64,000 bases of DNA, taken from Neophaeotheca triangularis (Eukaryota). Within the stretch, counting starts at the first letter, position 1; each line of letters begins with the position of its first letter. The position numbers and the translations under genes are program-made. The stretch covers positions 372,001-436,000 of the forward strand of contig BAAIJX010000005.1 of the NCBI GenBank assembly GCA_054600435.1. Reading direction: 5' to 3'. This document shows positions 1 through 12,398 of the stretch, in pieces. The notes under the pieces are model-generated. The model was not told where the DNA came from. It made no database searches and saw only the letters and a list, made by a program, of their open reading frames with translations.

Positions 1-2292
1 AAGTTTCTCCCATACTGTTTTCTCGTTGAAGTTGTAAATCGTCGGAAACAGCGTTGACATCAAATCTCCAGGCGCCGGGAGGACATTGTATGGCCACCAT
101 CTGATTGGCTTGCTTGATCTTGGTCCTCCTTCATCTCTCTGTTGAATGGTAGGCAGGGACTCGGGTGAGGCCATCGCTGCGGGCAAGTACAGGCTGGGTG
201 GTCTTTCTAAGAGTGGCGAGGGCTGGTAAGGGTGTGCGGAAAGGTAAGGCGAGCCACTTCCGGATGAACGCGAGGATGCACGCGATCGGTCTCTGGGAAT
301 AACAATTCTTGGCAAAGTCCGCGAGCGCGGGACTTCACTTGGTGACCCAGGCGGGGAAGGATGAAGCCGCATGCCAACGGGCGACGATGGAGTCTGTGAA
401 TTTGGTGAAGAAGGAAAGAGCCGCGTCCCATCAAGGGTCGTAGGAATCTGTAAGCCTGGTGAAGGAGGATGTAGCCGCACTCCGACCGCCGACGTTGGAG
501 TTTGTTGACCTGGCGAAGGAGGCTGTAGTCGCATCCCAGCCGGCGATGTTGGGGTCACTTGTTGGTCATCGAGACTGCCGAAGTCCGGGAACGGCTCCGG
601 TACAGCAAGGTGGCCACGACCCGATGGTGAAGGGCGCTGGGGCTCGAGCAATTCGGGCGCCGGTCCAAGCATAGGCGAGGGCGGTAACAGCGAAAGTGTA
701 GGTCCTTTCGTGGACCTGTTGCCCTCGCCCTCGCTTTCCGCCGCCGGCACGTCAAGAAGAGATGGCTGTGGACGATGCTCGCGGTTAGTCGATGGATCTG
801 CGCTTGCACTACGTGCGGCTTGCCCTCGCCTCACCAGATCTTGATCTATGCGTAGCCCTGTCGCATCGTTTGCCGAGACTGCTCTTATTCTCGCAGGCGC
901 ACTGTTGGGCACCGAAAGAGTTGGTGTCGTGGGAAGGCTAGGACTGGTCTGCGTCTGTTCGTACGACGGACGTTCGGCAGGATCTGAGTGGGTACTCATC
1001 TGATCCTGTTGCTGTGCGGTTGTAAAAGCTGGCTCGTCACTGAAACGTCTCGAATGCAGAGGATAGGTCTGAAGGTTCCTCGACTTTTGAAGCGAGCTGA
1101 GAACCGATTGAAACTCGAGTGCTCCAACCAAAGAAGGGCGTACGCGGGTAACGGTGTTCCGCCTGTTGCCAGCCACTGGGCGTGAAAGGCGCATATTGCT
1201 GTTCAAGTCTGCGATCCATCTGTCTCGCTCCTCTTCCTCCTCGTCTTCGTCTGAAGACTGGTGGCCGTAAGGTGTGCTCTGCCCCGTTCCAGCGTTCCTT
1301 TCGAGGGCCGAAAAGTCATCGGCTGAAGCGCCTCGACTGAGAGCAGGTCTGGGTGCCTCCTCGGGATCGTCATGGTAGCCCTCGTCTTCCGTCTCCAGCT
1401 CGTCGCCAGGCTGCGCATATTGTCCTCTCGCGGCAAGCTCTTGTTCCCTTCTACGTCTCTTTTTCCCAAGCCACCAATGCCAAGCCACCACCACCGCAAC
1501 ATAGAAGCAGTAGTACGCAACCATGACCAGACATTCCCACAATCGAAGCTTTCCATCGCTCAAGAACACCATGCTAAACGCAGCTGCCACCACGAAGAAA
1601 CCGACATCTCGTACAAAAGCCTTGCGCGAGACTCTGAAGGGCCTGATAAGCGCCATTGACCCGGCGACCACGGTTGTAATAAAGCCAGCAGCACCGATCA
1701 ACTCCCCTATTGCCAGGCTGCCACTGTTCGTGGTCATCGCGGCGAAAGTGCTGAACAAATCAGGACTTCCATTACCAAAGGCCAGAAAGGTCACTCCAGC
1801 CATAGACTCGCTCATGCCTAAGATCGCTGCTATCGTCGATAGGTTGATACAGAAAAAATCGCTTGCGGCGATGCCAATAGTGCTGAACAGCAAGCCCAGC
1901 CATGCTATCAGAATGCTAAAGCCCAGTGGTTTGGCATGTTCTAGGCGGCAATAGTAGAGATCGAGATAGGCGCTGAAACCGGGTTCGTCGGCCGGACAGT
2001 GCTTCCTTACGAAGGCACACTGTTTACTGGAGGATTTCTGGTGTACAAGGCGACACTTCTCGTCTTCGGAACGGAGCGGGTCGACCTCGACTTCACGGCG
2101 GAGTAGACTTTCGCCGGAATGCTGGCCATGAGAAGGAGTCGAGCTGACAGCGTAGGCGTAGGCTGCCAACAGCAGTGCTATGGTCAAGGTCAGAAAGAAT
2201 GCTCTGGCGGCGCGATAGCTCTTCCTCTTGGGGGCGGGGTGGGAGCAAACACGCCGCCGCCTCGTTCCGTCTCGAGGCTGCCGCATCATCAT
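1..2292 (-). CDS. Cation/Ca2+ exchanger (CCX / Ecm27-like Na+/Ca2+ exchanger), 3' end outside window
   Basis: Absent from the ORF track because the stop lies outside the window. Manual translation from ATG at 2292 (MMMRQPRDG...) is open to base 1. It contains hydrophobic helices and the alpha-1 motif region LGMSESMAGVTFLAFGNGSPDLFSTF...AIGELIGAAGFITTVVAG...FVRDVGFF, then a long S/P-rich loop. Confidence 0.9.
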   Translation of the reverse strand, partial: MMMRQPRDGTRRRRVCSHPAPKRKSYRAARAFFLTLTIALLLAAYAYAVSSTPSHGQHSGESLLRREVEVDPLRSEDEKCRLVHQKSSSKQCAFVRKHCPADEPGFSAYLDLYYCRLEHAKPLGFSILIAWLGLLFSTIGIAASDFFCINLSTIAAILGMSESMAGVTFLAFGNGSPDLFSTFAAMTTNSGSLAIGELIGAAGFITTVVAGSMALIRPFRVSRKAFVRDVGFFVVAAAFSMVFLSDGKLRLWECLVMVAYYCFYVAVVVAWHWWLGKKRRRREQELAARGQYAQPGDELETEDEGYHDDPEEAPRPALSRGASADDFSALERNAGTGQSTPYGHQSSDEDEEEEERDRWIADLNSNMRLSRPVAGNRRNTVTRVRPSLVGALEFQSVLSSLQKSRNLQTYPLHSRRFSDEPAFTTAQQQDQMSTHSDPAERPSYEQTQTSPSLPTTPTLSVPNSAPARIRAVSANDATGLRIDQDLVRRGQAARSASADPSTNREHRPQPSLLDVPAAESEGEGNRSTKGPTLSLLPPSPMLGPAPELLEPQRPSPSGRGHLAVPEPFPDFGSLDDQQVTPTSPAGMRLQPPSPGQQTPTSAVGVRLHPPSPGLQIPTTLDGTRLFPSSPNSQTPSSPVGMRLHPSPPGSPSEVPRSRTLPRIVIPRDRSRASSRSSGSGSPYLSAHPYQPSPLLERPPSLYLPAAMASPESLPTIQQRDEGGPRSSKPIRWWPYNVLPAPGDLMSTLFPTIYNFNEKTVWEKL
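322..537 (-). repeat. Four degenerate 54-bp (18-aa) tandem repeats inside the exchanger loop
   Basis: GMRLQPPSPGQQTPTSAV / GVRLHPPSPGLQIPTTLD / GTRLFPSSPNSQTPSSPV / GMRLHPSPPGSPSEVPRS. Confidence 0.8.
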
Positions 2293-2756
2293 GTCGCGCA
2301 AGCAGGATGAGGGAGGAGGCAGGGCGAGGGCATGCTGGCTTTGCTAACTCGCTCGCTGCATGTCACATATGTACAGAAGAATAATATTGCGTGGCAGAGA
2401 GGAAATGGAAGGCAAACTCAACCCATCCTAGGAGGTATGTCCACGAATGTCACAGGCCGAATGGGACTTGACGGGATACGACCCCACAGCGAGTTCAGCC
2501 CTACCCGAGATGAGGTGGGCCCGTGACGTCTCCCCGGGAAGCTGCTGCCGTGGATATCGATAAGGTAGTGGAACGCGATAAGGTAAAGAAAGGTGAGTCG
2601 CGCTTTACCCGGACCCGAAGTGTCCCCAGTACCGTGTTTGTTTACCCTAAACATCGACATCGTTTCCACATTCGGTAACGGCAGTGACATTGACACTACA
2701 TCTGACAACCTTACAAACATACAGCGCAAGCTTTTAAGGATTGTTGCTAATTGATC

Positions 2757-5307
2757 ATGCCCCGCGAACGCGCTCGCGCCGGCCAGAGCGCCAACTACGA
2801 ATCACCAAGGAAGGCCGTACAAATACCACTCAACGATGACCGGGTCGAAAAGGCGCAACGTTTACATTCGCGACAAGCGCTTCACTCGAAACAAATGGAC
2901 CAGCTGAAAGCTGCAGCATCGCCAGCTCGTAAACGAAAGTCCCTCGGAGCCGGCCCTTCAACCCCAAGCCAGGAGGATGGACCTGGAGTTGCAGGCTCAG
3001 CGGTAACGCCGATGAAGCGAGTGCCTATATTGGCGAATTTTGAGGAATGGATGAAGATGGCCACGGATAACAAGATCAATGCGACAAATAGCTGGAACTT
3101 TGCGCTCATCGATTACTTCCATGATATGAGCCTGCTGCGAGAAGGCGATTCCGTGAACTTCCAAAAGGCAAGCTGTACGCTTGATGGCTGTGTGAAGATC
3201 TATACAAGCAGAGTGGACAGTGTAGCGACAGAGACGGGCAAATTACTGTCGGGATTGGCGGATTCGGGTAACAAGAAGAAGCGGCGGGGCGAGGAGGGCG
3301 GGGATGGTGATGGCGGAGAAGGTGAGGAAGATGAAGAAGGGGAGGATGGTACAGGGAAAAAAGGCAGGAAAAAGAAGGCGCGTAATGCAGAGGCGACGCT
3401 GGCAACGAGTTTTGAGCAGCTCAAGTTGAAGAAGATGGAGTTGGAATTCTCGGTCGATCCACTGTTCAAGAAGGCGTCCGCTGATTTCGACGAGGGAGGA
3501 GCGAAAGGCTTGTTGCTGAATCACCTCTCGATTGATGGCGCTGGTCGAATTGTGTTCGATAGCAGTGACGATCTCCAGGACGAAGAGAGCGAGGACAGGC
3601 GCGATAGTATGGAGCCTGAAGGTGAGCTGGAGAGAGAAAAGACAGAGCCAGAGGGTGTCGAAGAAGACAAGCCAATCGACCTCGCTTCCCTCGCTTCCCT
3701 GTTCTTTCCAGATCTCAATAGATTGGACGACCAAGTTATCTGCCCTTCACTGCAAACCTTCGAGCTTGGTGGAGGCGACAATGCGATGGATCTGCCTTTC
3801 CTCAAGGCACCAGACAACTGGCGAGATGAGCATCCCTCTGTCTCAGGGGATACGCAAAACGACGAGACAGCTGCAGGTGCGGATGAAGGGGCACCTTTTG
3901 GCATGGACGATGACGACGATGCCGGCGGAGCTGTAGACTTCGATCTACCCCCTGAAACCGGCTTCGGTGAAGGTGGTGAAGCCTGGGCCCGAGATGCTGC
4001 GCTTCAACCACAAAATCGGGTCTACAATATCGAGGGAAGCGAAGAAGGCGGCGACGAAGGAGGCGAGGTCGGCACATTTGACACGAACGCCAACGGCTTC
4101 GGCGTACACCTGCAACATCGAGATCAAGGCAACGATCACGAGAACATTCTCAACTACTTCGACACCGCTCTCCACAAAAACTGGGCCGGGCCCGAGCACT
4201 GGAAAATTTCCAAGATAAAGGACGCGCAAAAGCCCAAAGAAGCACCCAAACCCAGAAAGGAGAAGGAACCCTTCGAAATCGACTTTGCCAGCCCCATGTC
4301 CTCTGAACTCGCCACAGCCCTCTACACAAGCGCCACAAGCAACGCCGCAATCAGTTTACCGAAGAAAGACTGGCGCAGCCGAACCCGCAACCTCCTCCCG
4401 GACGACAAACATTTCAACTCCAAAGACCTACTAAAGCTCTTCCTCAAGCCTAAAGCGAAAATGGGCTCGCGATCACTCACGGGGCAGCGCTTGGGCCCCT
4501 CCGGCGACGCCGAAACAGACGAAGCCTATTGGGCCACTCACAACAACGGCGCGGACGCCGACGACGCTCCTACACATCCCGCAGATGACAACGACGGCAT
4601 GGGCTACAACGCCGACTTCTTCGCCGACGACAACCTGCCTCTCGCTGGTCTACCCCCTGGCGCCGGTGACGAGGATACTTTTGCTGATGCTCGAGAGGAT
4701 TTCTCGCCCGCTGGTGACGATATCGATGCAGTGGGCGGTCCGCAGGGGCCCGGTATTGATGCCGTAGCGGGAGGTAGTCAGGAAACCGACGGTGGAGCCT
4801 TTGGCGGAAATCTGGTGATGCAGAGCCGACGGGCTCGGCCAGAGTATGTCCAGTACGCGCGCGTGGCGAAGAAGGTGGATGTCCGGCGATTAAAGGAAGA
4901 AATGTGGAGGGGGATTGGGTTTGAGGTATGTTTTGCACCTCTTGCTTCTCACTCTTTACCCAGTCGCAAAGCTAACAAACCCCCCCACTCAACAGGCCCT
5001 CTCCAAACCCAGCCAAACGGGGCCGGAACCCCCAACTCCCTCCAACAACGAAAATAGCAACGAACCCCACGCGCCCTCCCTCTCGGGTTCCGAAGACGAC
5101 ACGCTGATGTTCACCGGCATCATGAACAACCTCGCGCATGTCTACCCGGACAAACAACTCCGCGACATCAGCACCAGCTACGGTTTCATCTGTCTGCTGC
5201 ACTTGGCCAACGAAAAGGGCTTGGTGATTGAAAACTGCGAGAACTGGACGGATTTGAGCGTTAGGAGGGATGTTGAGGCGCAGGCGAGGGGGATCGATGG
5301 GTCTTGA
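2757..5307 (+). CDS. BRN1: Condensin complex subunit 2 (barren / Cnd2 kleisin)
   Basis: Motifs NFEEWMKMATDNKINATNSWNFALIDYF, NFQKASCTLDGCVKIYTSRVDSV, DPLFKKASADFDEGGAKGLL and C-terminal DISTSYGFICLLHLANEKGL. One intron 4926-4995 (GTATGT...GCTAAC...CAG) joins the two ORFs in frame. Confidence 0.95.
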
Positions 5308-6132
5308 TGTGGGTTGGCTCGAATAGGTTCGCAGGGCGTTGCTCGGGGGGTGGGGTTTTTGGTATTATGGGGTTCATGTAAAGATGTGGGGATTGGAGTT
5401 GGAGTTATTGTCAAGGGACGGGCCAATTTTAGCGTTTCGAAGTGTGCCATGATGGATCTGCTGCTGGACGCGAGTGCTTGGGTAGGACAATGCCGTAGAT
5501 TATTCCACTAGTCTGGCGATGCTTTGCGCAATGCGAGCCGCGATTCATGTTGCTCAAGGTGGTCGGAGAGCGCAGAGCCGAAGGCGATGTCTAGTGCGGT
5601 GACTCCATTGCCTAGGACGTTATAAATCCTCTGTATCACTATGCTGGCTAACACGCATCGACGGGTTGCTACTACTAACAGCTGGAGTCTTGCCAATGTA
5701 GTCGTGCCACAGATCTCTCTTTCCATCTACACGGCGAGTGCGGCAGCCTTTCAGTGTGAAGATCATGCATGACTATTCAAAGACACAGGGGAAAGGACAT
5801 CGGCGTATTCGCTCGTTAGCGATAGGAGATCAACAACTTTCGCCGCAGCTAAGATTCATGCGCTCGAGGCTCAAGAACGCGTAAGACGTGCTGCTCTTGC
5901 TCATGGCATCGTAGTCCGGTCCTACAGGCTCTTGGAAACCTCACCAGAGTATAGCTCGGTCGTGGAGTATGAGTGATCTTCTACAGCAAAGACATATCTA
6001 CCTTGCCTCATCGTGCAGACATGCTTCGCTTCCGATTCACAAGACATTCCCGCACGCTCGAGTGTGGACGATGCAAGACAGTTGATTCCCACACGTTCTG
6101 CAAGCGCACTGCTCTGTCCCCCTTGTTCGCAG

Positions 6133-6308
6133 GAGCTTGTCCCGTCAGATGTTGTGTTGTTTGGAGAAGAATGCTTGGTCGCCTGCAAAACCGCATCGCT
6201 ATTACTCGACTCATATTGGCAAGGTCCTGAACATCAAGTTCAAGATCGTTGGCAAGCTTGGCTTCGGCACATTATCGACGGGCGGTATGGCTATGCAAGA
6301 GTTTGAGG
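6133..6308 (+). pseudogene. Frameshifted relic of an SRPK/CMGC-like protein kinase N-terminus
   Basis: Three successive frames read ELVPSDVVLFGEECLVACK / PHRYYSTHIGKVLNIKFKIVGKLGFGTLST / VWLCKSL. This resembles the fungal SRPK-like pattern YYPVxIGxVLNxRYQVVGKLGFGxxSTVWLCRDL. No catalytic motifs seen downstream. Confidence 0.55.
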
Positions 6309-6683
6309 TATATCGAAACGATCCGGAGTTGCTTTGGGTCTTTCTTAAGCTGAGCACAACAGACCTGAAAGCGGATTCCAAGACCGCCCTTTTCTGGTGG
6401 AGCGCGCCAAAGACCGCCTTGATGTGTAGCCAGTCGATCTCCGGCTGGGTAGAACTACCATACAAGGAACTGCCAGATGACGCTCTATTTGGTAGATGAC
6501 GATCAGATTGGCCAGATCTATGGCTCCAACGCCCACGCTACGAAATCAAATCCGCCGACCCATTTAAGAACCATCATCCCATACTCCATGCACTCACACG
6601 AAAGACTTCCATGCTTAAACTCCACCCAAATCACCAAAAATCCAAGCCAACAACCACCAAACCCGACCCATCCCCTCCTCCTT

Positions 6684-7577
6684 CTACTCCCCCGCCCCAG
6701 CACTCGCCTCCGCCGCCTCGGAAACCCAACTCACACTCGTAACCGTACTCCTAGGCGGCTCACTAGCGCTGGAATCCGAAGTCCTAGTCACGAACTTGAC
6801 ATTCGTGACCGTGCTCCTCTGCCGCTGCTCCGAACTGGTGCGAGTTTCCACGTTGTCGGCGGTGACGGTAGCGATGCTACCGCTGTCGCTGGCGCTGTCA
6901 CTGTCGCTGGCGGAAGGCCGGAGTAGGGCCAAGAAGTCCGATGCCATGGCTGAACGGGCTGCGGAGAGGGAAGGGGTGGCGGTTGTGGTTGTGGTTGTCG
7001 GGGTGTCCGTGCCGTGGTGGGTGTGGTCGTCGCCGACGTAGAAGTTGGGTGAGATGTTGACGGCGCGGTTTTCGCAGGCTTGAGGGGTTAGATTGTTGGT
7101 TTGCGTGTTGCTCATGCCGGTCATGGCGAGGAGTGGTTGGGGCATGTTGCCGTACAGGCCTATGATTGTGTAGGCGAAGAGCAGGGTGCTTTCGAAGAAG
7201 AGGATGGAGATTAGGAGGACGAAGAGGGGTGTTGGGATGTAGATGCCGCTTTTGCGAGTTTTGGGCGGTGGGTAGGGCTCTAGATAGACGGGTTGTGGTA
7301 GCGGTGCTGGTGCCGCGGGTTGGGGCTGTGGTTGTGGTTGTTGTTGGGTGAAGAGAGTGGAGAAGCGGGGTGGATGGTCCTTTTTGTGGTGCAGGTCCAT
7401 ATCCACTGCTTCCTCTTCACCGCTATCTTTGTCGGAAGCATAGGTGCTCGAGGGTCGTTGTTTGGTGTCCTGCGAGTATGCGTAAAAGGCGTCGTTATGC
7501 TTGCTGGAGCTCGCGATGGTAGGAGAGGAAGCCATGTTGGCGTTGACCTCTTCCTCAAAGGTCTGCTGGAAAGGCAT
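6684..7577 (-). CDS. Hypothetical single-pass membrane protein, 297 aa
   Basis: Intronless ORF with one hydrophobic segment (IYIPTPLFVLLISILFFESTLLFAYTIIGLY), a Q/P-rich N-terminal part and an S/T-rich C-terminal part. Confidence 0.75.
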   Translation of the reverse strand: MPFQQTFEEEVNANMASSPTIASSSKHNDAFYAYSQDTKQRPSSTYASDKDSGEEEAVDMDLHHKKDHPPRFSTLFTQQQPQPQPQPAAPAPLPQPVYLEPYPPPKTRKSGIYIPTPLFVLLISILFFESTLLFAYTIIGLYGNMPQPLLAMTGMSNTQTNNLTPQACENRAVNISPNFYVGDDHTHHGTDTPTTTTTTATPSLSAARSAMASDFLALLRPSASDSDSASDSGSIATVTADNVETRTSSEQRQRSTVTNVKFVTRTSDSSASEPPRSTVTSVSWVSEAAEASAGAGE

Positions 7578-8382
7578 ATTGGTCGTTTTGGGGAGGGGTA
7601 GATGACTCGTTTAAAAAGGTAGGCGTCGTGTTGTTCGTTATCGGTTTGGAGCCTTGGGCTTCGCGTTCGAGTATGTCGTCGAAAGCGTATGTGATGAGGA
7701 TGTCAAGATAGTCGTGGAATTGACTGGAAAGTAGTTTACTGAAAGGTCAAATGGAATGGTTCTGCGACCTGCGCAAGTATTTCGATTACAATAGAGAGAC
7801 TGATAACAAGGGCATAAGACACAAAGGAAAAGATGCAGGCTAAGCTCCAGGAACACGGTCAAAGGGGAGGTGTGAATGTCAAAGGCGAGGACAATGGACG
7901 CAAAGAAGAAAGAATGCTATTGTTCCTTCGCTTACCTCAGAAGCTCCGGTGTCATCGAGCTTCACTTACCTTGGTACGTGTCATTGACGCGACGAGTGAA
8001 GCATGGAGTATAGTGACCCTTTCTGCGGCCTTCGTTGCGGCGCGTATGAAACATGCCGTGACTTCAGACTTGCAAGTCGGCGAAGACCGTGGACCAGTCA
8101 ATGGCCATTTGTATTGCGGTTCATTTTTACACTCGTCTCAGTCGCGGATTCGTATGGCTGGAGAGGAAGATGTAGAGTTGTACGAAACATTGAACAAGAA
8201 CGGAGTGAAGTTGTCTCGAAAGTGCCAGCGCGCTAGCAATCGCCAGTTTTGATTGGCCGAAAATGCAGAGCTAAGTTTCCCTTTGAGCAAAGCCGAGCAG
8301 CCATCAGCCAGCGGTTACTGGAGCCCCCTTGGTCCCCCTGTCCTTTGGATGTGCCTCGGTACACTATGTTTTATATAAACAT

Positions 8383-11300
8383 TTATAACTGACCAACAGC
8401 TGCAACGAGATGCTCGAAATCGACAGCTTCTCCCTTTGCAAGCAGTCCCTTAGCCGTCGTGGCCAGGTACGCCAACCTACGTTTTCCCTCCGCCTCCTCC
8501 ATCTCTCTGCTCTTCGCGCCAGCCACATCGAGCAAGCCCTTCGAAAGCCCAGCCAGCTTCGCAACATTCAAGCCATAACTGCGATGCGCAACACCTTCGC
8601 CGACTTCATACAGAAACGTAACCTCCTGCTCACCACTCGCCGTCTGCTGCTCGGTAAACCGCATATGCACATTCTTCAGCTCGCCCTGGAACTGGTCCTC
8701 CATGCGCGCAAGAGTCTGGTAGTGCGTGATAAAAAGTGTAAGGCTCCGTAACTGGCTGACCATGTGGTGTAACACGCTCTGCGCGATGGCCACGCCATCG
8801 TGCGTGCTCGTTCCTCTACCCAGCTCATCCAGAATAACGAGACTGCGCGGCGTGGCTTGTTTAAGGATATCGCTGGTTTCCGACAGCTCGACCATGAAGG
8901 TACTCTCACCCTTCATCATGTTATCGAAAGCGCCCATGCGGGTAAAGACGGCGTCGAGGAGACCTAGCTTGGCTGAGTCGGCCGGGACGTAGGAGCCTAT
9001 CTGCGCCATGATTGCTATGAGTGCCACGGAGCGTACGTAGGACGATTTTCCGCCCATGTTGGGTCCGGTGATAAGCAGTGCTCGTGTTGCATCAGTGGAG
9101 AGCTGGATGTCGTTCGGTACAAAAGTGTCGAGAAGTACTTGCTCAACCATGGGGTGGCGACCGGCTTGGATGCCAATTCCCACCTCTTCCGTGAACTCGG
9201 GTTTGCAGTAGCCGGGTTGCGTAGCAACCTCTGCGAGAGAAAGCAGGCAGTCAAGCGATGCAAGGGACTGCACACAGTCACGGAAGGCTTGATACTTTGA
9301 ACCCAGCTCGCCTAGCAGGTTCTGAAAAGCAACATCACAGGCATTTGCGAGTGCTTCCTTGTGCTGGTCGCGCTCACGCATGAACTTGATAACCTCGGGC
9401 GGATGGTAACGAGACACCTTCTTCGTGCCGCTGATCTTCGCCCACGAAGCCGGGACGTTCTTGAGCACTGCGTTGTCCAGCTCGATCTGATACTCCACAC
9501 CAGCGACCGTGACATAGTTGACCTTTTGCTTGCGCTTGAGCTTCTCGGCAGCCACTTCCCTGAATTGCTCCAGATCATGCTCCACCGCGACAATACCGAC
9601 CTTGTGATCGGTGATGTCCTCGGTCTCGTACCCGTCGCGGAAGAAGTTGTACTTGTCGTCGGAGCGAGCAGCTTCTGCATTGATACGCTCGAGATGCTCG
9701 ACGACATCGTCCGAGATTCTTGGCAAGGATGCAATAGCTTCACCTATCAAGGACGACTTGAACCCGGCGTCCTCAGCTGAGGTGACGTGAGCGTACTCCT
9801 GGGCGATCATTTGCATGGTTTGCAGAACGCTGAGAAGCTCCGGGCGAGTGCATTTCTTGTAGTATATGCGGATGAGAGACTTCTCCAAATCGCCCTTGAC
9901 TTTGCCTAGAAGTGTCTTGATTCTATCGACTGAGGACTGGTTACTGTCTTTGAGCTCTTCGACGGCTGCCACTCGCTCGTCTAAGCGTGTGCGGTCGAGC
10001 AGAGGCCGGCCAATCCACTTCCGTAGCATACGTTGACCGAACCGCGTGTGCGTGCGGTCAAGCGTCCAGAAGAGACTGCCGTGCTCGCTGTGGTCGGTTT
10101 GGTTCCGATACACCTCAAGACTAGTCAAAGTGTTGCCATTGATGAGCATGTGCGACCGGGCGCTGAATGATTGGAAGTACTTTGTCAAATCGAAGACGTG
10201 TTGCAGGCCGTACTCTGTCAGATGAGTTATCATGGCAGACAGACAGACAGTAGCATTCTCCGACAGCTTGTGGACCTTATCCAACAAAGTACCGGTTTCC
10301 TGGGAAGCTTCGACCTGAGAAGCCGATGGCGCGTCGTCTTTCATTTTGCCTGCGTAGAAACTCGTGATGTGGCTGTAAGCCTGAGCTGCCATTGTCTTTG
10401 GTTTCTCGACTCGCTCCAAACGCGCTTTGTCCCCGAAGACATTAGTCCTACTGCCAGACAAATGCTGCACCAGCTTCTCCGTGGCCTTTGAAACCTCGCC
10501 GACGATGAGAAACTCGCAAGGCGCGATGTGGAGAAGCCTTGTCTCGAGTTCGCTACGCATCCAGCCATCCTCGAAGTCGTCATAGATGATATCGCCAGTA
10601 GCAGGCTGAACAGCTACAAAACCCAGCTGGACATTCTCATCCGTACCCCAGCCTTTTGCAGGCGTCTCCGTCAGACAGAGCAAGTGGCCAGTCCCGGAAG
10701 CACCGCCTGAAGCCGCCGCAACCGGCTCCTCAAGACCTTCTTGATCATCGATATACGTCCCTTTGGTGTACACGTTGGTCAAACCACGCTCAAAAGCCTT
10801 GTTGCGATTGTCGCCCACCGCTTTCAAAGCCGCAGTCTCTAGTTGCCTGACCACACCAACCTTGTGCCCCGCAGAGACCAGCCTCTTGACGTGCACATGC
10901 AAACGATGCACTGGGAAACTCGCAGACGCGAAACGATCGATGTGTGCCTCGGATGGATGCTCATCATACCGGAATTTGCCCGGTATGCAGACGATACTGA
11001 GCTCTTTGGCCGCGGTCCGAGCATCTTCGCCGAAGATACGGAACTTGTAGCCCACTTCTACTAGCAGCAGTGTGTCCATATGTTCGCGTTTGATCTTGAG
11101 GATTTGCCTCTCCATCGGCGTGAGCTTGTCCTTGGTCTTCTTAGCCGCTAGGCCTTTCTTTCCCTTTGCAGCTTTGGGTAGTGCCTCAGCTTCCTCCTCT
11201 GCCCCCTCTTCTGCTCCCTCTTCTCCCTCCTGCACTTCCTCCCCGATGAAGTGATTTTTGCGCTTAATCTCAGCAATGCTGTCTGGCCTCCCGAGCTTCT

Positions 11301-11880
11301 TCACAAATTTCCGGTGGAGCCGCTCTTTCAACTTCATGGTATCCTCATCATCCGCTTCGGCGTCTTCACCCTGAATTGAGGCCGGCAAACTCGAGAAGAT
11401 ATACTTGGACGTCCTGGCAGTAGCCTTGGGCTTCTTCGTATTTTCTCCGTTCGAGACCCCACGCTCAATCAAGGGTCCAACATTGCTCGTATCTGGTAAA
11501 TCGTCGTCGCTCTCGTCGATAGATGGTTTCGCGGCCGCAAGACCCGAAGACTTCCGCCTTTTGCTAACAGGCTCTTCGTCTTCGTCCTCGTCTTCCTCTT
11601 CTAGAGATCTCTTGCCAGTAGTGTTGGGTGCGTCTTGCGGGGACAACTCGTCGTCCTCCCCCGTCTCAACGAATAAGCCATCTTCCTTCACCTCGCTACG
11701 ATGGAGGGACGCAGGCTTGAGTGTCGATGGTGGATTGCGTTCTACAGACTTCGGCGTACTGGGTTTCGGTGCAGCTTTGAGGTTCTCTGCTGCCTTCTTG
11801 CCGAAGAAGCTCGATATCGACTGCTGGCCCTTTTGCGAAGAAGATTGGGAAAGCGAGGGCGGGGAGCGCTGAGTTCCCAT
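8383..11880 (-). CDS. MSH3: DNA mismatch repair protein Msh3 (MutS family)
   Basis: 1165-aa ORF with PIP-like QQSISSFF, Msh3-type [10 protein letters not shown], Walker [25 protein letters not shown] and [11 protein letters not shown]. Confidence 0.97.
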   Translation of the reverse strand: MGTQRSPPSLSQSSSQKGQQSISSFFGKKAAENLKAAPKPSTPKSVERNPPSTLKPASLHRSEVKEDGLFVETGEDDELSPQDAPNTTGKRSLEEEDEDEDEEPVSKRRKSSGLAAAKPSIDESDDDLPDTSNVGPLIERGVSNGENTKKPKATARTSKYIFSSLPASIQGEDAEADDEDTMKLKERLHRKFVKKLGRPDSIAEIKRKNHFIGEEVQEGEEGAEEGAEEEAEALPKAAKGKKGLAAKKTKDKLTPMERQILKIKREHMDTLLLVEVGYKFRIFGEDARTAAKELSIVCIPGKFRYDEHPSEAHIDRFASASFPVHRLHVHVKRLVSAGHKVGVVRQLETAALKAVGDNRNKAFERGLTNVYTKGTYIDDQEGLEEPVAAASGGASGTGHLLCLTETPAKGWGTDENVQLGFVAVQPATGDIIYDDFEDGWMRSELETRLLHIAPCEFLIVGEVSKATEKLVQHLSGSRTNVFGDKARLERVEKPKTMAAQAYSHITSFYAGKMKDDAPSASQVEASQETGTLLDKVHKLSENATVCLSAMITHLTEYGLQHVFDLTKYFQSFSARSHMLINGNTLTSLEVYRNQTDHSEHGSLFWTLDRTHTRFGQRMLRKWIGRPLLDRTRLDERVAAVEELKDSNQSSVDRIKTLLGKVKGDLEKSLIRIYYKKCTRPELLSVLQTMQMIAQEYAHVTSAEDAGFKSSLIGEAIASLPRISDDVVEHLERINAEAARSDDKYNFFRDGYETEDITDHKVGIVAVEHDLEQFREVAAEKLKRKQKVNYVTVAGVEYQIELDNAVLKNVPASWAKISGTKKVSRYHPPEVIKFMRERDQHKEALANACDVAFQNLLGELGSKYQAFRDCVQSLASLDCLLSLAEVATQPGYCKPEFTEEVGIGIQAGRHPMVEQVLLDTFVPNDIQLSTDATRALLITGPNMGGKSSYVRSVALIAIMAQIGSYVPADSAKLGLLDAVFTRMGAFDNMMKGESTFMVELSETSDILKQATPRSLVILDELGRGTSTHDGVAIAQSVLHHMVSQLRSLTLFITHYQTLARMEDQFQGELKNVHMRFTEQQTASGEQEVTFLYEVGEGVAHRSYGLNVAKLAGLSKGLLDVAGAKSREMEEAEGKRRLAYLATTAKGLLAKGEAVDFEHLVAAVGQL

Positions 11881-11975
11881 CTTGTGCTCAACGTTCGAAA
11901 GTTAAGGGGTTGGATTGTTCCGGTATAGACGACACTGAAGTGGTTGCATTGGAGTCGGCCGGAGGCACGTCGATG

Positions 11976-12003
11976 ACGCGCGCGCTAGACCGACGCGTAA
12001 ACA
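11976..12003. promoter_or_regulatory. MCB-like elements (ACGCG, ACGCGT) and a forkhead-like GTAAACA upstream of MSH3
   Basis: ACGCG at 11976, ACGCGT at 11993-11998 and GTAAACA at 11997-12003, about 100-120 bp upstream of the MSH3 ATG. Confidence 0.5.
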
Positions 12004-12398
12004 CGTGACAAGGATTATTGAGACAAACTTCCAGGCCCAACACTGCATATACGCATGCTGTCAATCGAACCGCTACCAGCCCAAGGTGCCACAGAATTTC
12101 TTAGAGCCAGGACATCGCGCCTAGTACAGTTCCCCTACAATGCAAGCCTAGAGTAAAGATTCATCTACTTCAGGTTTACTCCTAGAGCAGGCGTAATTAG
12201 GACAATGTTATTAGCTTTAAGAAGGTATGTAAGTGACAACGGGTCAGGCGACGGGAAGGAGGTGTACAAAGGTTGTATTACATTAATGGGTGTACTATCA
12301 CAGGTCTTTTATGTAGGCCATGGCAAGTGCGTATCACATTGCTTTTTGGAGTCCAATTTCCCAAATTTCTACACCTGAACAGGGCTCGCTGCTATAAT

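Noticed and set aside
1523..1954. 143-aa plus-strand ORF and other ORFs antisense to real genes (e.g. 27779-28687, 31463-32608, 41046-41945, 50271-51107)
   Set aside because: They are shadows of codon-biased genes on the opposite strand and have no motifs of their own.
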